Shown here one piece after another: positions 45,004 through 55,148 of a DNA stretch of 64,000 bases. Made by a program: the position numbers and the translations under genes. The number at the start of each line of letters is the position of its first letter. Within the stretch, counting starts at the first letter, position 1. The stretch lies in sequence record MK817115.1; one strand, given 5' to 3'. A model generated the notes under the pieces. That model was not told where the DNA came from. It worked only from the letters and a program-made list of their open reading frames with translations, and made no database searches.

Positions 45004-45691
45004 GTAAAATATAGTATTGTTCTACACGTTCAATCCACATATTGACTGCATCTTTGAAGTCTTGTCCTTCTATGACAAACTCTTGATATTGTAGATTGTT
45101 AGGATCTTTTCTTACACAGATGAAAATCACACCACGTTCTATATTAGTTCCAAACATTTGATTATGGGCTAATGCATATGCTGCAATTTGCATACGATAA
45201 TTTTCTATTTGTCCCCACTTCTTAACTTTACGGGAATTTTTATAATCCATAATGGTTGGGATTCCATCATGAACACCTACTAAATCAGTTGTTCCGGCCC
45301 ATAAACCTTCATAGTACAATGGGACTTCCTGTCCCCATACTTCATTAATTCTAGGCCATGCTTCTTGCTGAATTTTGTCAGCCATTCTACGTGCAAGAAC
45401 TCGAATTGGCATACCACCTTCATGGTCTGGCTTTCCTTCCAATCTAAATTCCAAGTTCTCATGCATAAAAGTACCAACTGTACATGCTTCTAATGTAATC
45501 TCATTAGCCTTTTCTTCACCAACAAATTCTCTCCATTTCTTTAAACCTTCGTCATTCGAGGTCGCACTTAGAATTGTTGTTACTGACGGCAGATTACCAG
45601 TTGGAGTTGAATAAAGGCGACCTTCTGGGCCGCCTTCAATTCTATTGTAACCAACATATGTATATCTGCTAACAATTGGTGGTGTGTACAT
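44972..45691 (-). CDS. PD-(D/E)XK exonuclease (Cas4/MGME1-like)
   Basis: LPSVTTIL, GTFMHE, AGTTDL, MDYKNS, QIAAYALA. Confidence 0.85.
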   Translation of the reverse strand: MYTPPIVSRYTYVGYNRIEGGPEGRLYSTPTGNLPSVTTILSATSNDEGLKKWREFVGEEKANEITLEACTVGTFMHENLEFRLEGKPDHEGGMPIRVLARRMADKIQQEAWPRINEVWGQEVPLYYEGLWAGTTDLVGVHDGIPTIMDYKNSRKVKKWGQIENYRMQIAAYALAHNQMFGTNIERGVIFICVRKDPNNLQYQEFVIEGQDFKDAVNMWIERVEQYYILRGEIESNGAA

Positions 45692-45730
45692 CCGTGTACT
45701 CCTAATTATAGCATTATATTTTAATTTGTC

Positions 45731-46066
45731 TCAGTTTTTTTGTTTATTTGCTGTCACAGCAGCTTTTGTGGCCCAATCTTCAACTTGCTCTTCAGAATCT
45801 TGCTCGACTTCTTCTGAACCTTCTGCTGAATTTCCTGCAAAAGTTACAACATCAGAATTAGCATCCTGTACAAAAGGAAGGGAATTCAAAATGTCCATCA
45901 TTACATTGTATGGAACATCGATGTTGGTTCTCTTTTTAATTTCAGAAATCAAAGATTGAACATTTACTTCTTCTCGACCCGTGGACACTAAAGACAACGC
46001 AATAGTAGTAATCATATTGCGTATATCTTTACCAGGAGCCTCTTCAGTAAGATCACGAAATCTCAT
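45731..46066 (-). CDS. Conserved hypothetical protein
   Basis: 111-aa ORF, AAGGA SD. Confidence 0.7.
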   Translation of the reverse strand: MRFRDLTEEAPGKDIRNMITTIALSLVSTGREEVNVQSLISEIKKRTNIDVPYNVMMDILNSLPFVQDANSDVVTFAGNSAEGSEEVEQDSEEQVEDWATKAAVTANKQKN

Positions 46067-46082
46067 GTAGAATTGTCCTTAA

Positions 46083-46739
46083 TTATTTTTTAACGTATCC
46101 TAGAACACGTTTAACTTTCTTTTCATTCTCAGAAAGCCATGTTTTCATTTCTTCTTTTGAACTAAAGTATTTAGTACCCACAGTTCCGCGAATACTTTCC
46201 ATTTTTACACCAACTTTACTTGGTTTAACAGATTCTTTCATTTCACGTTCAGTTGGTACTGGTTCAGAGATAATGTCTTCTTCAAAGTCTGCGTCTGCAT
46301 CCATATCAAAAGTTGGGGTATCTGCTGCAATATCAATATCAACATCTTCACTTCCAATATCAGAAACATCTGGACCGTCAGTGATATCACCAGTTAGTTT
46401 AAGTGTTTCAGTACTGATTTTGTCTTTTACATCCATTAAGGTAGTAACTGCATGTTGTAGTAGATGGCGAACATTATCACTAAAATTTTGTGCAGCATCT
46501 AGACCTTGCTCGGCTTTAATACGGTCAAGTAGTGGGCCTAGTACGTCAACACCCATGTTGTTAATAACCTCAGATTGACGTTGGAGTTTATCAACAATCT
46601 CACCTTTTACTGAAAGAACAATTTCTGCTTTTTCAATATTAGATTCATTTAATTGAATAAACTTCATAGCTTCTGCACGAGAAGCTGCTTCCATTAGTTT
46701 TTTATATTTTGACATTTGTATTTCCTTATAAAATATCAC
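46083..46739 (-). CDS. Conserved late hypothetical protein (start likely MSKYKK, 46715)
   Basis: GTAAATA upstream; acidic linker. Confidence 0.7.
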   Translation of the reverse strand: MIFYKEIQMSKYKKLMEAASRAEAMKFIQLNESNIEKAEIVLSVKGEIVDKLQRQSEVINNMGVDVLGPLLDRIKAEQGLDAAQNFSDNVRHLLQHAVTTLMDVKDKISTETLKLTGDITDGPDVSDIGSEDVDIDIAADTPTFDMDADADFEEDIISEPVPTEREMKESVKPSKVGVKMESIRGTVGTKYFSSKEEMKTWLSENEKKVKRVLGYVKK

Positions 46740-46745
46740 TCATTT

Positions 46746-46751
46746 TATTTA
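46746..46751 (-). promoter_or_regulatory. Late promoter core (G)TAAATA
   Basis: At the gene boundary. Confidence 0.5.
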
Positions 46752-47420
46752 CTTTATATAACCTTCGCCTTTTAGAAAGTTTAATACACGCTCTTTTAAT
46801 TTATACGCTTCAGCTTTCTTTTCTGCAATAATTATATCTAAATCTTTTGCTTCATCATACTTCGATTCATTAAGTACGCGTTGACGTTTCTGGGCTGCTT
46901 TCAATGCTTCACTAATCACATTCGTGTATTGAAGACCCGAACTGATTATACCAAGTACTTTTGCATCTGTCAACATTCTTCCTTCATTGAGAAGGTTAAC
47001 TAATGTAAGTGCTGCTTCATACATCATAATATTATTCATAATAATTTGTGAACTATGATTACACTTAATGCTATAAACTTTTGTAGATTTAGTACCTTGT
47101 ACTTTTTCTTCCACTAAACTCCAATTAGTTTTTGGTTTAATAGGTGCTTGTGATGGTCGTGGTGATTGTACTGGTGAATTCCCTGATAAATGTTCATTAT
47201 ATGGAGAATTGTATTGTACCATATGTGGATGTTGCGGTTCACCATAATCCATACCTGCTTCATTCAATGAAGTTAAAATAGAAGCCATAGCACCGATATC
47301 ACCACCAGTTTTATATGGAACCCCTGATGCGTTATGTGTTTCACCAGCTTCAATGTCATTCAATCCACTTAACAAATCAGCCATCTGATTAACTGATTGT
47401 TGATCATATTCGTAATTCAT
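46749..47420 (-). CDS. Hypothetical protein
   Basis: 223 aa, AGGAG SD. Confidence 0.7.
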   Translation of the reverse strand: MNYEYDQQSVNQMADLLSGLNDIEAGETHNASGVPYKTGGDIGAMASILTSLNEAGMDYGEPQHPHMVQYNSPYNEHLSGNSPVQSPRPSQAPIKPKTNWSLVEEKVQGTKSTKVYSIKCNHSSQIIMNNIMMYEAALTLVNLLNEGRMLTDAKVLGIISSGLQYTNVISEALKAAQKRQRVLNESKYDEAKDLDIIIAEKKAEAYKLKERVLNFLKGEGYIK

Positions 47421-47635
47421 TTACTACTCCTAACTGTTTGGTAAGATTCAGTACCGTCATCATTTTCTATTTTATTTAGAACACCACGTGATACCATTTT
47501 ATCAGCTAATTCCTGATAATATTCATTTACCTTTTCAACTGGAACAGTACCGCGTGCTTTTATCTTTTGTAATAGTTTATATTCTTCATTAGAAACCATT
47601 GTATTGTGACCATGCACATTTAGTACTGTTCTCAT
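47417..47635 (-). CDS. Small hypothetical protein
   Basis: Coupled overlaps at both ends. Confidence 0.7.
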   Translation of the reverse strand: MRTVLNVHGHNTMVSNEEYKLLQKIKARGTVPVEKVNEYYQELADKMVSRGVLNKIENDDGTESYQTVRSSK

Positions 47636-48579
47636 TAACGACCTCGCATACGATGACAGAAATCGATAATTTGATCTACCATGTCATCATTATCAGATTG
47701 TGATGTGTTTGCCATAACACTTTCATCACCATAGATATCATCTTCTTTTTCAATATCAGAAATTGCATGTATCATTTCACCCATACCAGGTGCATGATGT
47801 GACAATGGTGATGGTGTATCAGGATTACTATCAGGCTCTAAACTGGAATTAGCCATAAGTTCACTGTTAATTTCTTGTGGAGATTTTTCTTCACGAATTG
47901 GATTATTTTCATTATCAATAGGATTAACATCACTCAAAGGAAAAACGTTCAACTCATTTGGCTTGGTCCCACTTTTAGTAATAACTAATGACTGCTCCGG
48001 TGTTTGTCCTGGGTCAACACCAACTACAGGCTCAACCGAATCAGTCCCGCTTTGTGTACCTGGAACACTAACTTTCATATTATTAGCATTTCTTTGCAAC
48101 TCAGCTTGTTTCATTTTAGCTTGAGTTTGTGGATTGACTTGTTGTTGACCCTGAGAAACATTCATTTTAGCAATTTGTTTTGCTTGCATTTGTGTGGCTT
48201 GATTTTGTAAATCTTCAAATACAATTGCTTTTAATTCTTGTGTGGTTAGTTTTGTTATATCTGAATATGTATAGTTTTTATGATACTCTTCTGATAATTG
48301 CGTTAGTGACATTGAATCAACAATACTATGAAGTTCAGTACTTTCATTAATATGTTTGTTAATATTTTTAGTACTAAAATAATTATAACATTCACTCATC
48401 TGTGCTTTGTATTTTTGTAAAATTTGGAATATTTCACGATTGTCAGAATTATCAATCGCAGAATTTAAAGTGATAAAATCACCTGCATCCATATTATCAA
48501 GAATAACAGAAACATCAACATTCAAATTATGTGCATCTGCGAACTTTTGAAGTTCAGTTGCTGTTTGGTTTATATCCAT
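47635..48579 (-). CDS. Late hypothetical protein, Gln-rich and low-complexity (start MDINQT at 48579)
   Basis: GGAG SD before 48579; GATAAATA at 48624-31 lies inside the longer track ORF. Confidence 0.7.
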   Translation of the reverse strand: MDINQTATELQKFADAHNLNVDVSVILDNMDAGDFITLNSAIDNSDNREIFQILQKYKAQMSECYNYFSTKNINKHINESTELHSIVDSMSLTQLSEEYHKNYTYSDITKLTTQELKAIVFEDLQNQATQMQAKQIAKMNVSQGQQQVNPQTQAKMKQAELQRNANNMKVSVPGTQSGTDSVEPVVGVDPGQTPEQSLVITKSGTKPNELNVFPLSDVNPIDNENNPIREEKSPQEINSELMANSSLEPDSNPDTPSPLSHHAPGMGEMIHAISDIEKEDDIYGDESVMANTSQSDNDDMVDQIIDFCHRMRGR

Positions 48580-48623
48580 AATTTCTCCATATAAAATAAA
48601 AAGACCTCTGTCTTGCTTTATGA

Positions 48624-48631
48624 TATTTATC
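48624..48631 (-). promoter_or_regulatory. Late promoter GATAAATA
   Basis: About 45 nt upstream of the revised start. Confidence 0.6.
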
Positions 48632-48635
48632 ACAA

Positions 48636-49028
48636 TTAAGAAAAGGTCTGTTTGCTGATGCTAATGTTAATATCATCACCAGATGTGATAAATTTTGTTA
48701 TTCGTTTTCCATTTAATTCGGTTGGTAGAACCAATGGTATACCATTCAAACGAAGTTCGACATCCATTGGTAATGCGAATTTGAATGTGCTTATGGTACA
48801 TTTTCCCCAAGAAATTGGCATGTTATAAAAAGATGAATTATTATCTTTATATAAATCGACTTCATTTTTAACAACGCTTACCATCATTGGATAGTCATAT
48901 ACCATAATAGCTTCCAACAACCTAGACAAGTTCATAGCACCAGTGAACTTAGAATCTATGATTGTTGGGGTTTTACCATCACCAATATCTACTACAGTGT
49001 GAATTGTGTAGAATGTATATGGTTTCAT
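48636..49028 (-). CDS. Hypothetical protein
   Basis: 130-aa ORF. Confidence 0.65.
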   Translation of the reverse strand: MKPYTFYTIHTVVDIGDGKTPTIIDSKFTGAMNLSRLLEAIMVYDYPMMVSVVKNEVDLYKDNNSSFYNMPISWGKCTISTFKFALPMDVELRLNGIPLVLPTELNGKRITKFITSGDDINISISKQTFS

Positions 49029-49219
49029 TCTTTGTCCTTATCTTTTTTCTCTACGACTTTGTATCCAAAGAAGTTAGTAGGAGGCAATCTACGATGTAAT
49101 GGATAATGTAAACCAGTACTGACTGATGCAATAGCACCTGCTGAAGTAGCTCCAGAAGATGCATTTTCTTTGATATTCTTTTTCTTCATATTAATTTCCT
49201 TTATTACGTTTTTCATCAA
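49025..49219 (-). CDS. Small hypothetical protein (ENASSGATSAGAIA motif)
   Basis: Start probably MKKKNI with an AAGGA SD. Confidence 0.65.
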   Translation of the reverse strand: MMKNVIKEINMKKKNIKENASSGATSAGAIASVSTGLHYPLHRRLPPTNFFGYKVVEKKDKDKE

Positions 49220-49463
49220 GTGCTATATTCTCTAACCCTTTTTGAAACTTTTTATAATCTCGGTTTTTTATACTTAGAAATAAGCGTTTTTTTAAATCTT
49301 CAGCATCAGTTTGGTTAAACTCATCTTCAATGCTCTCCAATAAATGAATCACAGAGTTTATTGCGTGGTCGGCACGATTACTAAAACTCTGTAATGTATC
49401 TTTCTCTGGCGTATAGTCAACTATACTATCAAGTAGATTCTTTTTATTGGATTTACTAGACAT
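49191..49463 (-). CDS. Conserved hypothetical protein
   Basis: 90-aa ORF. Confidence 0.7.
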   Translation of the reverse strand: MSSKSNKKNLLDSIVDYTPEKDTLQSFSNRADHAINSVIHLLESIEDEFNQTDAEDLKKRLFLSIKNRDYKKFQKGLENIALDEKRNKGN

Positions 49464-49466
49464 TTA

Positions 49467-50987
49467 TCATTTCCTTTGATTTAACCATTGCTTCATTGCA
49501 TGAACACGATCAGTACCAGCATGTGTCTGTGGATTCTGTATTTCGTTTTGTGTCGTAGAGTTAGGAGCACTATCAGTATTTAGTGTTACTGTATTGTCAG
49601 GTTGCACAGATGGTGATTTAGCTGCACCAGAAAGCGAATGACGTAATGTTTGCATAGTGCTGGGTGGTAACGCCATGTTCCCTCCACCAATCTTAGAAAC
49701 ACCGCTGTGACGGAATCCATTACCTTCGGTTTCCATTTGTTGTACTGTAGTTGCGTGGTCAAGAACTCTCAATGAATCAATATCATAAGACATACGCAAA
49801 CGGGAACCTACTGCACTACTGTTACGTGTTTTTTGGAAATCAAACCATAGTTCGCCAGTTTCTTTTCGTGCCTCAATATAAATTACGTTATCAGCAGTAT
49901 AAATTTTTGAAATACCGCCAGCAATCTGACTTTGACTTTTCTTATCTTCGTCCATACCACTACGGTTAAACTGAGATGCAGTGAAAACAGTTAAATCCAT
50001 TTTGGTTGCAAGTGCACGTAATTCTTCTGATACAAACTTATCTTTAGTAAATGTATTGGATTTATCATTTGGTCCAAGACGATTAGAAGTTAATAGATCC
50101 AAATAGTCCACACATACATAATCAAGTTTGATTTCCATCTTAATTTGTAATTCACGTAGATAACTTTCAATATCGTCAGTGGTTGTTACAGATTCAGGTA
50201 AGCGTTTAATACGCAACATACCACTGTTTTTACCTTCAACTTTAACAGCAAATCCAATCTTTTCAGCTTCATTTTTTACGTTACTGAGTTTTGATTCAGT
50301 CATCATACCATAGATACGAACAGCAACCAACTCTTCAGCTAGTTCAAGTGAAATGTATGCACCATTCATACCAGCTTTCGCAAAGTTAACTGCTAAATTT
50401 TGCAGTACTACTGATTTACCACCACCTGATGCAGCAGCAAAGATCTCTAACTCTCTACGCCCAAATCCACCGAACAGTTTGTAATCAAGAGTTTCCCAAC
50501 CACTCTTAAATGACCCTTGCATTGTACTGAGTGAGCGGATTGTATCTTCAGGGTTTTCAAAAATGTCCAAACCTAACTCATTCTGTACCGTTACCAACAT
50601 TGCTTCTCGGATTAGTTCTTCGATTCCACCATATTTTTTCTGATGGACAAGTTCCATTCCTTTTTCAACGGCTAACGCTAATGCTTTATGACGACAAAAT
50701 TCACCACAGGTATCAAGTACTGATTGTTTATGTAATTCTTGAACTTCATATTGATCGTATTGATAACCACCTTTAACTTCAATATCTTTCAAAGTAGGTG
50801 ATGAACTATATTTTGCAGCATAATCATGCACGTATTGAATACTTTCATGAAATGTTTTATCAAAATATTCTGGTTTAAGGATATTTTTACAACGTACATA
50901 TAAATCAGGATTACTGAAAATCTGAGATAATAAGTATTGTTGTGCATTAATCCCATATTGTTTCACATCCACTGTGCTTTGAATCAT
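49467..50987 (-). CDS. Replicative DnaB-like helicase (gp41)
   Basis: AAASGGGKS, YISLELAE, VDYLDL, TASQFNR, KTRNS. Confidence 0.92.
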   Translation of the reverse strand: MIQSTVDVKQYGINAQQYLLSQIFSNPDLYVRCKNILKPEYFDKTFHESIQYVHDYAAKYSSSPTLKDIEVKGGYQYDQYEVQELHKQSVLDTCGEFCRHKALALAVEKGMELVHQKKYGGIEELIREAMLVTVQNELGLDIFENPEDTIRSLSTMQGSFKSGWETLDYKLFGGFGRRELEIFAAASGGGKSVVLQNLAVNFAKAGMNGAYISLELAEELVAVRIYGMMTESKLSNVKNEAEKIGFAVKVEGKNSGMLRIKRLPESVTTTDDIESYLRELQIKMEIKLDYVCVDYLDLLTSNRLGPNDKSNTFTKDKFVSEELRALATKMDLTVFTASQFNRSGMDEDKKSQSQIAGGISKIYTADNVIYIEARKETGELWFDFQKTRNSSAVGSRLRMSYDIDSLRVLDHATTVQQMETEGNGFRHSGVSKIGGGNMALPPSTMQTLRHSLSGAAKSPSVQPDNTVTLNTDSAPNSTTQNEIQNPQTHAGTDRVHAMKQWLNQRK

Positions 50988-51009
50988 CTATGTTCCCTCA
51001 TTATATGTA

Positions 51010-52065
51010 TTACATCCATTTATCCGTTTGAGCTTTAATATAAAATGGCTCATCTACTATACTATCATGTATTAATTGTAAACAAAATAACCTACCAAAT
51101 CGTGCACAAGCTTCTTCAAAGTCCTTGATATGACGTATTGTACTACCTTCTCTTACAGCACCAAAGTCTGGGAAGGAAACACTGAATCCATTTTCAAGTG
51201 CTTGGTCTATAGTTATTAATCCATCTTTATCTCTATCTGGAACAATAACTATTTTTTTACCTTTTTGCTGTGCATCTTTTAATACATCAATCTGTACGTT
51301 TGATAATTTAAAGTTATTAGCAGATACACCACCCATTAATGCTGCGTCTAACGGACCCTCACATACTAAAATTGTTTTTATTCGTTCATCTTTTAATAAA
51401 TCATAGTTATATAGTATATTAGTACTTACTTGATTTATGAACCTGTATGTACTTCCAGGATCTTTTAATTTATGTCGTGCAGTATAACCAATAATTTTAC
51501 CATTCATGAAATATGGAATAATAAATCTGTCATACATTTTATGTTCTTTATTAGGTGACCAATATAATTCTAAGTCTAACAGATATGGGTTTCTTTCATT
51601 GACATTATGCAAAACACTTATAAATTCTTGTGGAATTTTATCTTCAGGTAAAGAAGCCCATTCCCAAAATGTTTTTGCATTTGATGGCAAATCACGTACT
51701 GTTACTCGGTCATACAATTTTGATGCAACAGTTTCTTGTGCAGCAAAATCACCGCTGTCAACCATTTCTTTAATATAAAACTTAACTAATTCTATTTCTT
51801 TATCTTGTGCACCAAAAGAAATGAGCAAAGACTCCATATCTTTGCTCATATATTTTCCTGGTTGCCAACCAGTTTTTAAACTACAGTTAAAGCAGTTATA
51901 TGAAACGGAACCATCTGCATTGAACATATGATTACCACGGTGCTTTGTATCCGGCCTTGAATGTCCTCTGAACACACAAGCTGGACAGTTGTGTCGTGAC
52001 CATGTACCAATCGCAGGTACTGGATCATTCATAATTTGTGCCATTATGTTTTGTACAGCGTTCAT
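51010..52065 (-). CDS. DNA primase (gp61-like)
   Basis: CPAC...CFNC zinc motif, VCEGPLDA and VPDRD Toprim motifs. Confidence 0.9.
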   Translation of the reverse strand: MNAVQNIMAQIMNDPVPAIGTWSRHNCPACVFRGHSRPDTKHRGNHMFNADGSVSYNCFNCSLKTGWQPGKYMSKDMESLLISFGAQDKEIELVKFYIKEMVDSGDFAAQETVASKLYDRVTVRDLPSNAKTFWEWASLPEDKIPQEFISVLHNVNERNPYLLDLELYWSPNKEHKMYDRFIIPYFMNGKIIGYTARHKLKDPGSTYRFINQVSTNILYNYDLLKDERIKTILVCEGPLDAALMGGVSANNFKLSNVQIDVLKDAQQKGKKIVIVPDRDKDGLITIDQALENGFSVSFPDFGAVREGSTIRHIKDFEEACARFGRLFCLQLIHDSIVDEPFYIKAQTDKWM

Positions 52066-52094
52066 AAGTTAATCCTTGTCTTTTCTTACAAATG

Positions 52095-52122
52095 ATTATA
52101 GCACACCTTCTAGTTTTGTCTC
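52095..52122 (-). promoter_or_regulatory. Candidate middle promoter GAGACA-N16-TATAAT (GTGTGC-extended)
   Basis: Upstream of primase-helicase. Confidence 0.7.
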
Positions 52123-53098
52123 ATCTACGTATCAAAATTTTAGGTACTGTTAGGAAAGGGTCATACACTTTTCGGACAGCAGCATAGTCATATGGTACTG
52201 GAACAATTTTGGGATGAATAGCAACCACCAAACGTAACCACATATAATTTCCTTTAAAATTAAATGCTTGTATTCCGTCAAGTTCTTTTGGAAAACCTTC
52301 TGAATCAATTCCATTTTCAATATAATCCTTTCCATCTAATTTAATAATAAACCATTTATAGTTTTCATTATCATTAGGTACGTTGTTACACAAGCACCCT
52401 TGTAGCTGTATTCTACCAATAAATTTATCAAAATAGATTGCAATACTACTTAATCCTTCTACTAATCCAAACTGCATTTGTGCTGGTAGTGGAGTTGATG
52501 CGAGAATATCATATTCACCAATCATACCATTTCCAATTGGTTCATGATATAAACGCTTTATAGTTGTCCATGCTGGATTTTTATTAACTGATATTTCAGT
52601 ACTGGGGACAAATACAGGTGCTGCTTGGTCTGAAATTATTAGCTCTGCTGATGCCTCAAAGTTCATCCCTGTGTATAGATATTGTGTTGGTTCTATAAGT
52701 GAACCATCCATTGTTACTTTAGTAATGCTCCATCTATATTTTGAACCAGGACTGGTATCTTGAATAACTCCTGCTGGAACAATACATCCATAATATACTT
52801 TCTTTTTATTTCCTAATGTTTGTCTTGCTTGTCCACTTTCTGATAACCAACTGGGTTCTTGTTTTTCTAATACAACATCAAATAGTTTAGTATTATTTCG
52901 TGCATCAAAAATCATAAATGTAAGATATTCATTATCTTTCAATAAAGTATATTTTCCATCAGCGTTGTGAACAGTAAAAGATAAATTATTATTTGCCCCT
53001 CTATATATAGTTAGTTTTTCATTGCTATATGGCATATTAAAATTGCCCAATGATACTTCCTGATTATAAGGGTACATAAACACGCCGTGATGAGCCAT
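52121..53098 (-). CDS. Late hypothetical protein, possibly structural (start MAHHGV at 53098)
   Basis: GAAGGA SD and CATAAATA upstream; the track start would overlap the + gene. Confidence 0.65.
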   Translation of the reverse strand: MAHHGVFMYPYNQEVSLGNFNMPYSNEKLTIYRGANNNLSFTVHNADGKYTLLKDNEYLTFMIFDARNNTKLFDVVLEKQEPSWLSESGQARQTLGNKKKVYYGCIVPAGVIQDTSPGSKYRWSITKVTMDGSLIEPTQYLYTGMNFEASAELIISDQAAPVFVPSTEISVNKNPAWTTIKRLYHEPIGNGMIGEYDILASTPLPAQMQFGLVEGLSSIAIYFDKFIGRIQLQGCLCNNVPNDNENYKWFIIKLDGKDYIENGIDSEGFPKELDGIQAFNFKGNYMWLRLVVAIHPKIVPVPYDYAAVRKVYDPFLTVPKILIRR

Positions 53099-53107
53099 AG
53101 TTTTTCC

Positions 53108-53150
53108 TTCCATAAATAATAGGTATAAATTTATACTAATATTTATGGAA
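53108..53150. promoter_or_regulatory. Palindromic bidirectional late-promoter cassette
   Basis: TTCCATAAATA (53108-18) and TATTTATGGAA (53140-50); each arm carries CATAAATA on one strand. Confidence 0.7.
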
Positions 53151-53155
53151 CTAAT

Positions 53156-53509
53156 ATGAATCAATATAACACTATTCCACCATTCATTACTGTAATCCAG
53201 TATGATGGTAAAACGTTTGTTGGTATCATCAAAATCAAAAGCAAACAGTATACAACTCTTTACTGTTTCGATGATATGGATGATTCAATGCAAGACGAAT
53301 TGTTAGGTATAGCACACGATTGGTGGTGGCAAAGTAATAGAACCATTCCAGTTTGTCTATTCTTTCAAGAAGAGATGGAGAAATTTGAACCGTACACACA
53401 GAGATTCGATACACCGTCGGTGAATTTCGTATGTGGTCCAGTAGTTTCTTTAAGCAATTTGCCACAGAAACGCATCAAGCGTCGTAATGTGGCTCTTAAG
53501 AAGAAGTAA
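53156..53509 (+). CDS. Conserved hypothetical protein
   Basis: 117 aa; WWWQSNRTIP; one of only three + strand genes. Confidence 0.75.
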   Translation: MNQYNTIPPFITVIQYDGKTFVGIIKIKSKQYTTLYCFDDMDDSMQDELLGIAHDWWWQSNRTIPVCLFFQEEMEKFEPYTQRFDTPSVNFVCGPVVSLSNLPQKRIKRRNVALKKK

Positions 53510-54134
53510 GATGTTCAACTAAAGCATTTAGTTGTACAACAATCATTAAGCTATATGCGTAAGCATGTGGCTTTTTGAAATATCGTAATTTATTTCCTGC
53601 TTGGTCAGTGCCGATAGTACTATAATCCCATATGGTAGCTTTAACTTCGTCCCATGTGTTCATACTTTGGCACTGCCTTTTTCCTGGGCGAATCATTGCA
53701 ATAAACATTGCTAGTTCGTCTATAGATTTAGGCTTCCATATATTTAATAAAGTTACATGTTTTTTAATTTGCGATAGATGTTCTACAATTTCGGGTTCTA
53801 ACAATAGATCCCAATTTGGTTCCTGATTCATTAGTTCTTTTAAATGCTCTCTATCACGAACATACATGTAAGCTGACTGTGAAAGAATATCAACTTTTTG
53901 ATACCCTAACCTTTCAGCTTCTTTATATTGTATACTTGCCAATCCAGTGATTGGGTCAATAGGTATATTATCAAAATGAACACCACTATTATGGGGGATT
54001 AAACCATCCTCCGTAATTTTTTCAGTACTTCGCACACATGGAAGTTTAGCGATTACGCTTTTACTATCCTTGAAGTCAATGTCAATATCAGTTCGGGCTT
54101 TTCTATAATGTTTAGAATCGGTCGAATCCTGCAT
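53496..54134 (-). CDS. dnaE: DNA polymerase III alpha (DnaE) C-terminal catalytic fragment, miniaturised
   Basis: TDIDIDF, PHNSGV, GYQKVDIL, MIRPG, YFKKPHAYAY. Confidence 0.85.
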   Translation of the reverse strand: MQDSTDSKHYRKARTDIDIDFKDSKSVIAKLPCVRSTEKITEDGLIPHNSGVHFDNIPIDPITGLASIQYKEAERLGYQKVDILSQSAYMYVRDREHLKELMNQEPNWDLLLEPEIVEHLSQIKKHVTLLNIWKPKSIDELAMFIAMIRPGKRQCQSMNTWDEVKATIWDYSTIGTDQAGNKLRYFKKPHAYAYSLMIVVQLNALVEHLTSS

Positions 54135-54441
54135 TTTTTATTTGCTCCTGTAACTGTTTAACTGTATTAGTCAAAGTTGATATTTGATTCTCTAATAATC
54201 TACAATTTTGTTTTGTCTTTGCCAATTCTTGACTTAAACTGAAAAAGCGTTCTTCGTGTCTTTCTACCAAAGAAATAATTTTTTCAATACGAGCAGGATC
54301 ATGAACTTGAAATGTTTTACCATCTAAAGTTATTTCAGTAATAGATCCTTGTCTAAGTAGAGATATTTGTTTTGATTTTTGTTCTTTAGGTACAGGTACA
54401 TACCCTTCTGGTATTTTATTATATATACTTTTTCCATTCAT
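54112..54441 (-). CDS. Hypothetical coiled-coil protein
   Basis: 109 aa with a heptad C-terminus. Confidence 0.65.
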   Translation of the reverse strand: MNGKSIYNKIPEGYVPVPKEQKSKQISLLRQGSITEITLDGKTFQVHDPARIEKIISLVERHEERFFSLSQELAKTKQNCRLLENQISTLTNTVKQLQEQIKNAGFDRF

Positions 54442-55148
54442 AATCCTGCCTCACATAGCATAATCTTAATTTCATCACAATCCTTTTTGTATTTTATAGT
54501 TTTGATTTCAAAATAACTTGGATCGATGTATTTAAGTATATATTCAATTTCTGAGTTTGATAGTTTTTTAAAAAACTTATTAGTACTTTTTTTAGGAGCA
54601 AGCCAGATAATCCAAGGTGAAATTTTACCACTCTCAATCCATGCAATTGCACGGGCAGAACTTACATTTTCAAAGAAAGTATTCCATTGTACATTCAAAT
54701 TTTCAGCCCATTCAACCAGTGAGATAACACTTCTTGCAATTGCTTCTTTTGGGTGCTCGGCACGAATTGTTTTTAATATCCATTCATCTTTTGCTTTATA
54801 TGTACTCCATTCCGTGATTGGTTTGTTATTGATAATCAAGTACTTTACAAACTCGTCCACATTAATAATATCTCTATTATTCAAATAGTATTCGGCAAAA
54901 CTATAAAAATCATTAAAGTACTTTGACTTTATAAAAGCAATAAAAGGCTCTACGCCTTTTTTAAATGGGAACTTATTCAATTCCATAAATTGCATATATA
55001 TACGAAAAGCCTCCATCATCTGGCGGCTTTGGCGGTCTTCGTATCGGTCACGTTTTATACATTTATGTGTGTTTACAGTTTCTTCACGTTTAAATTCACG
55101 ATCACAAAATCTACAGGTATATACTTTATTACTTGATTTCTTTGCCAT
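54438..55148 (-). CDS. Conserved protein with an N-terminal C2H2-like zinc finger
   Basis: YTCRFCDREF...THKC. Confidence 0.65.
   Translation of the reverse strand: MAKKSSNKVYTCRFCDREFKREETVNTHKCIKRDRYEDRQSRQMMEAFRIYMQFMELNKFPFKKGVEPFIAFIKSKYFNDFYSFAEYYLNNRDIINVDEFVKYLIINNKPITEWSTYKAKDEWILKTIRAEHPKEAIARSVISLVEWAENLNVQWNTFFENVSSARAIAWIESGKISPWIIWLAPKKSTNKFFKKLSNSEIEYILKYIDPSYFEIKTIKYKKDCDEIKIMLCEAGL

Noticed and set aside
44972-45691. Cas4 as evidence of a CRISPR system
   Set aside because: No repeat-spacer array or other cas genes; the four-Cys Fe-S cluster pattern is absent, so a stand-alone phage exonuclease is more likely
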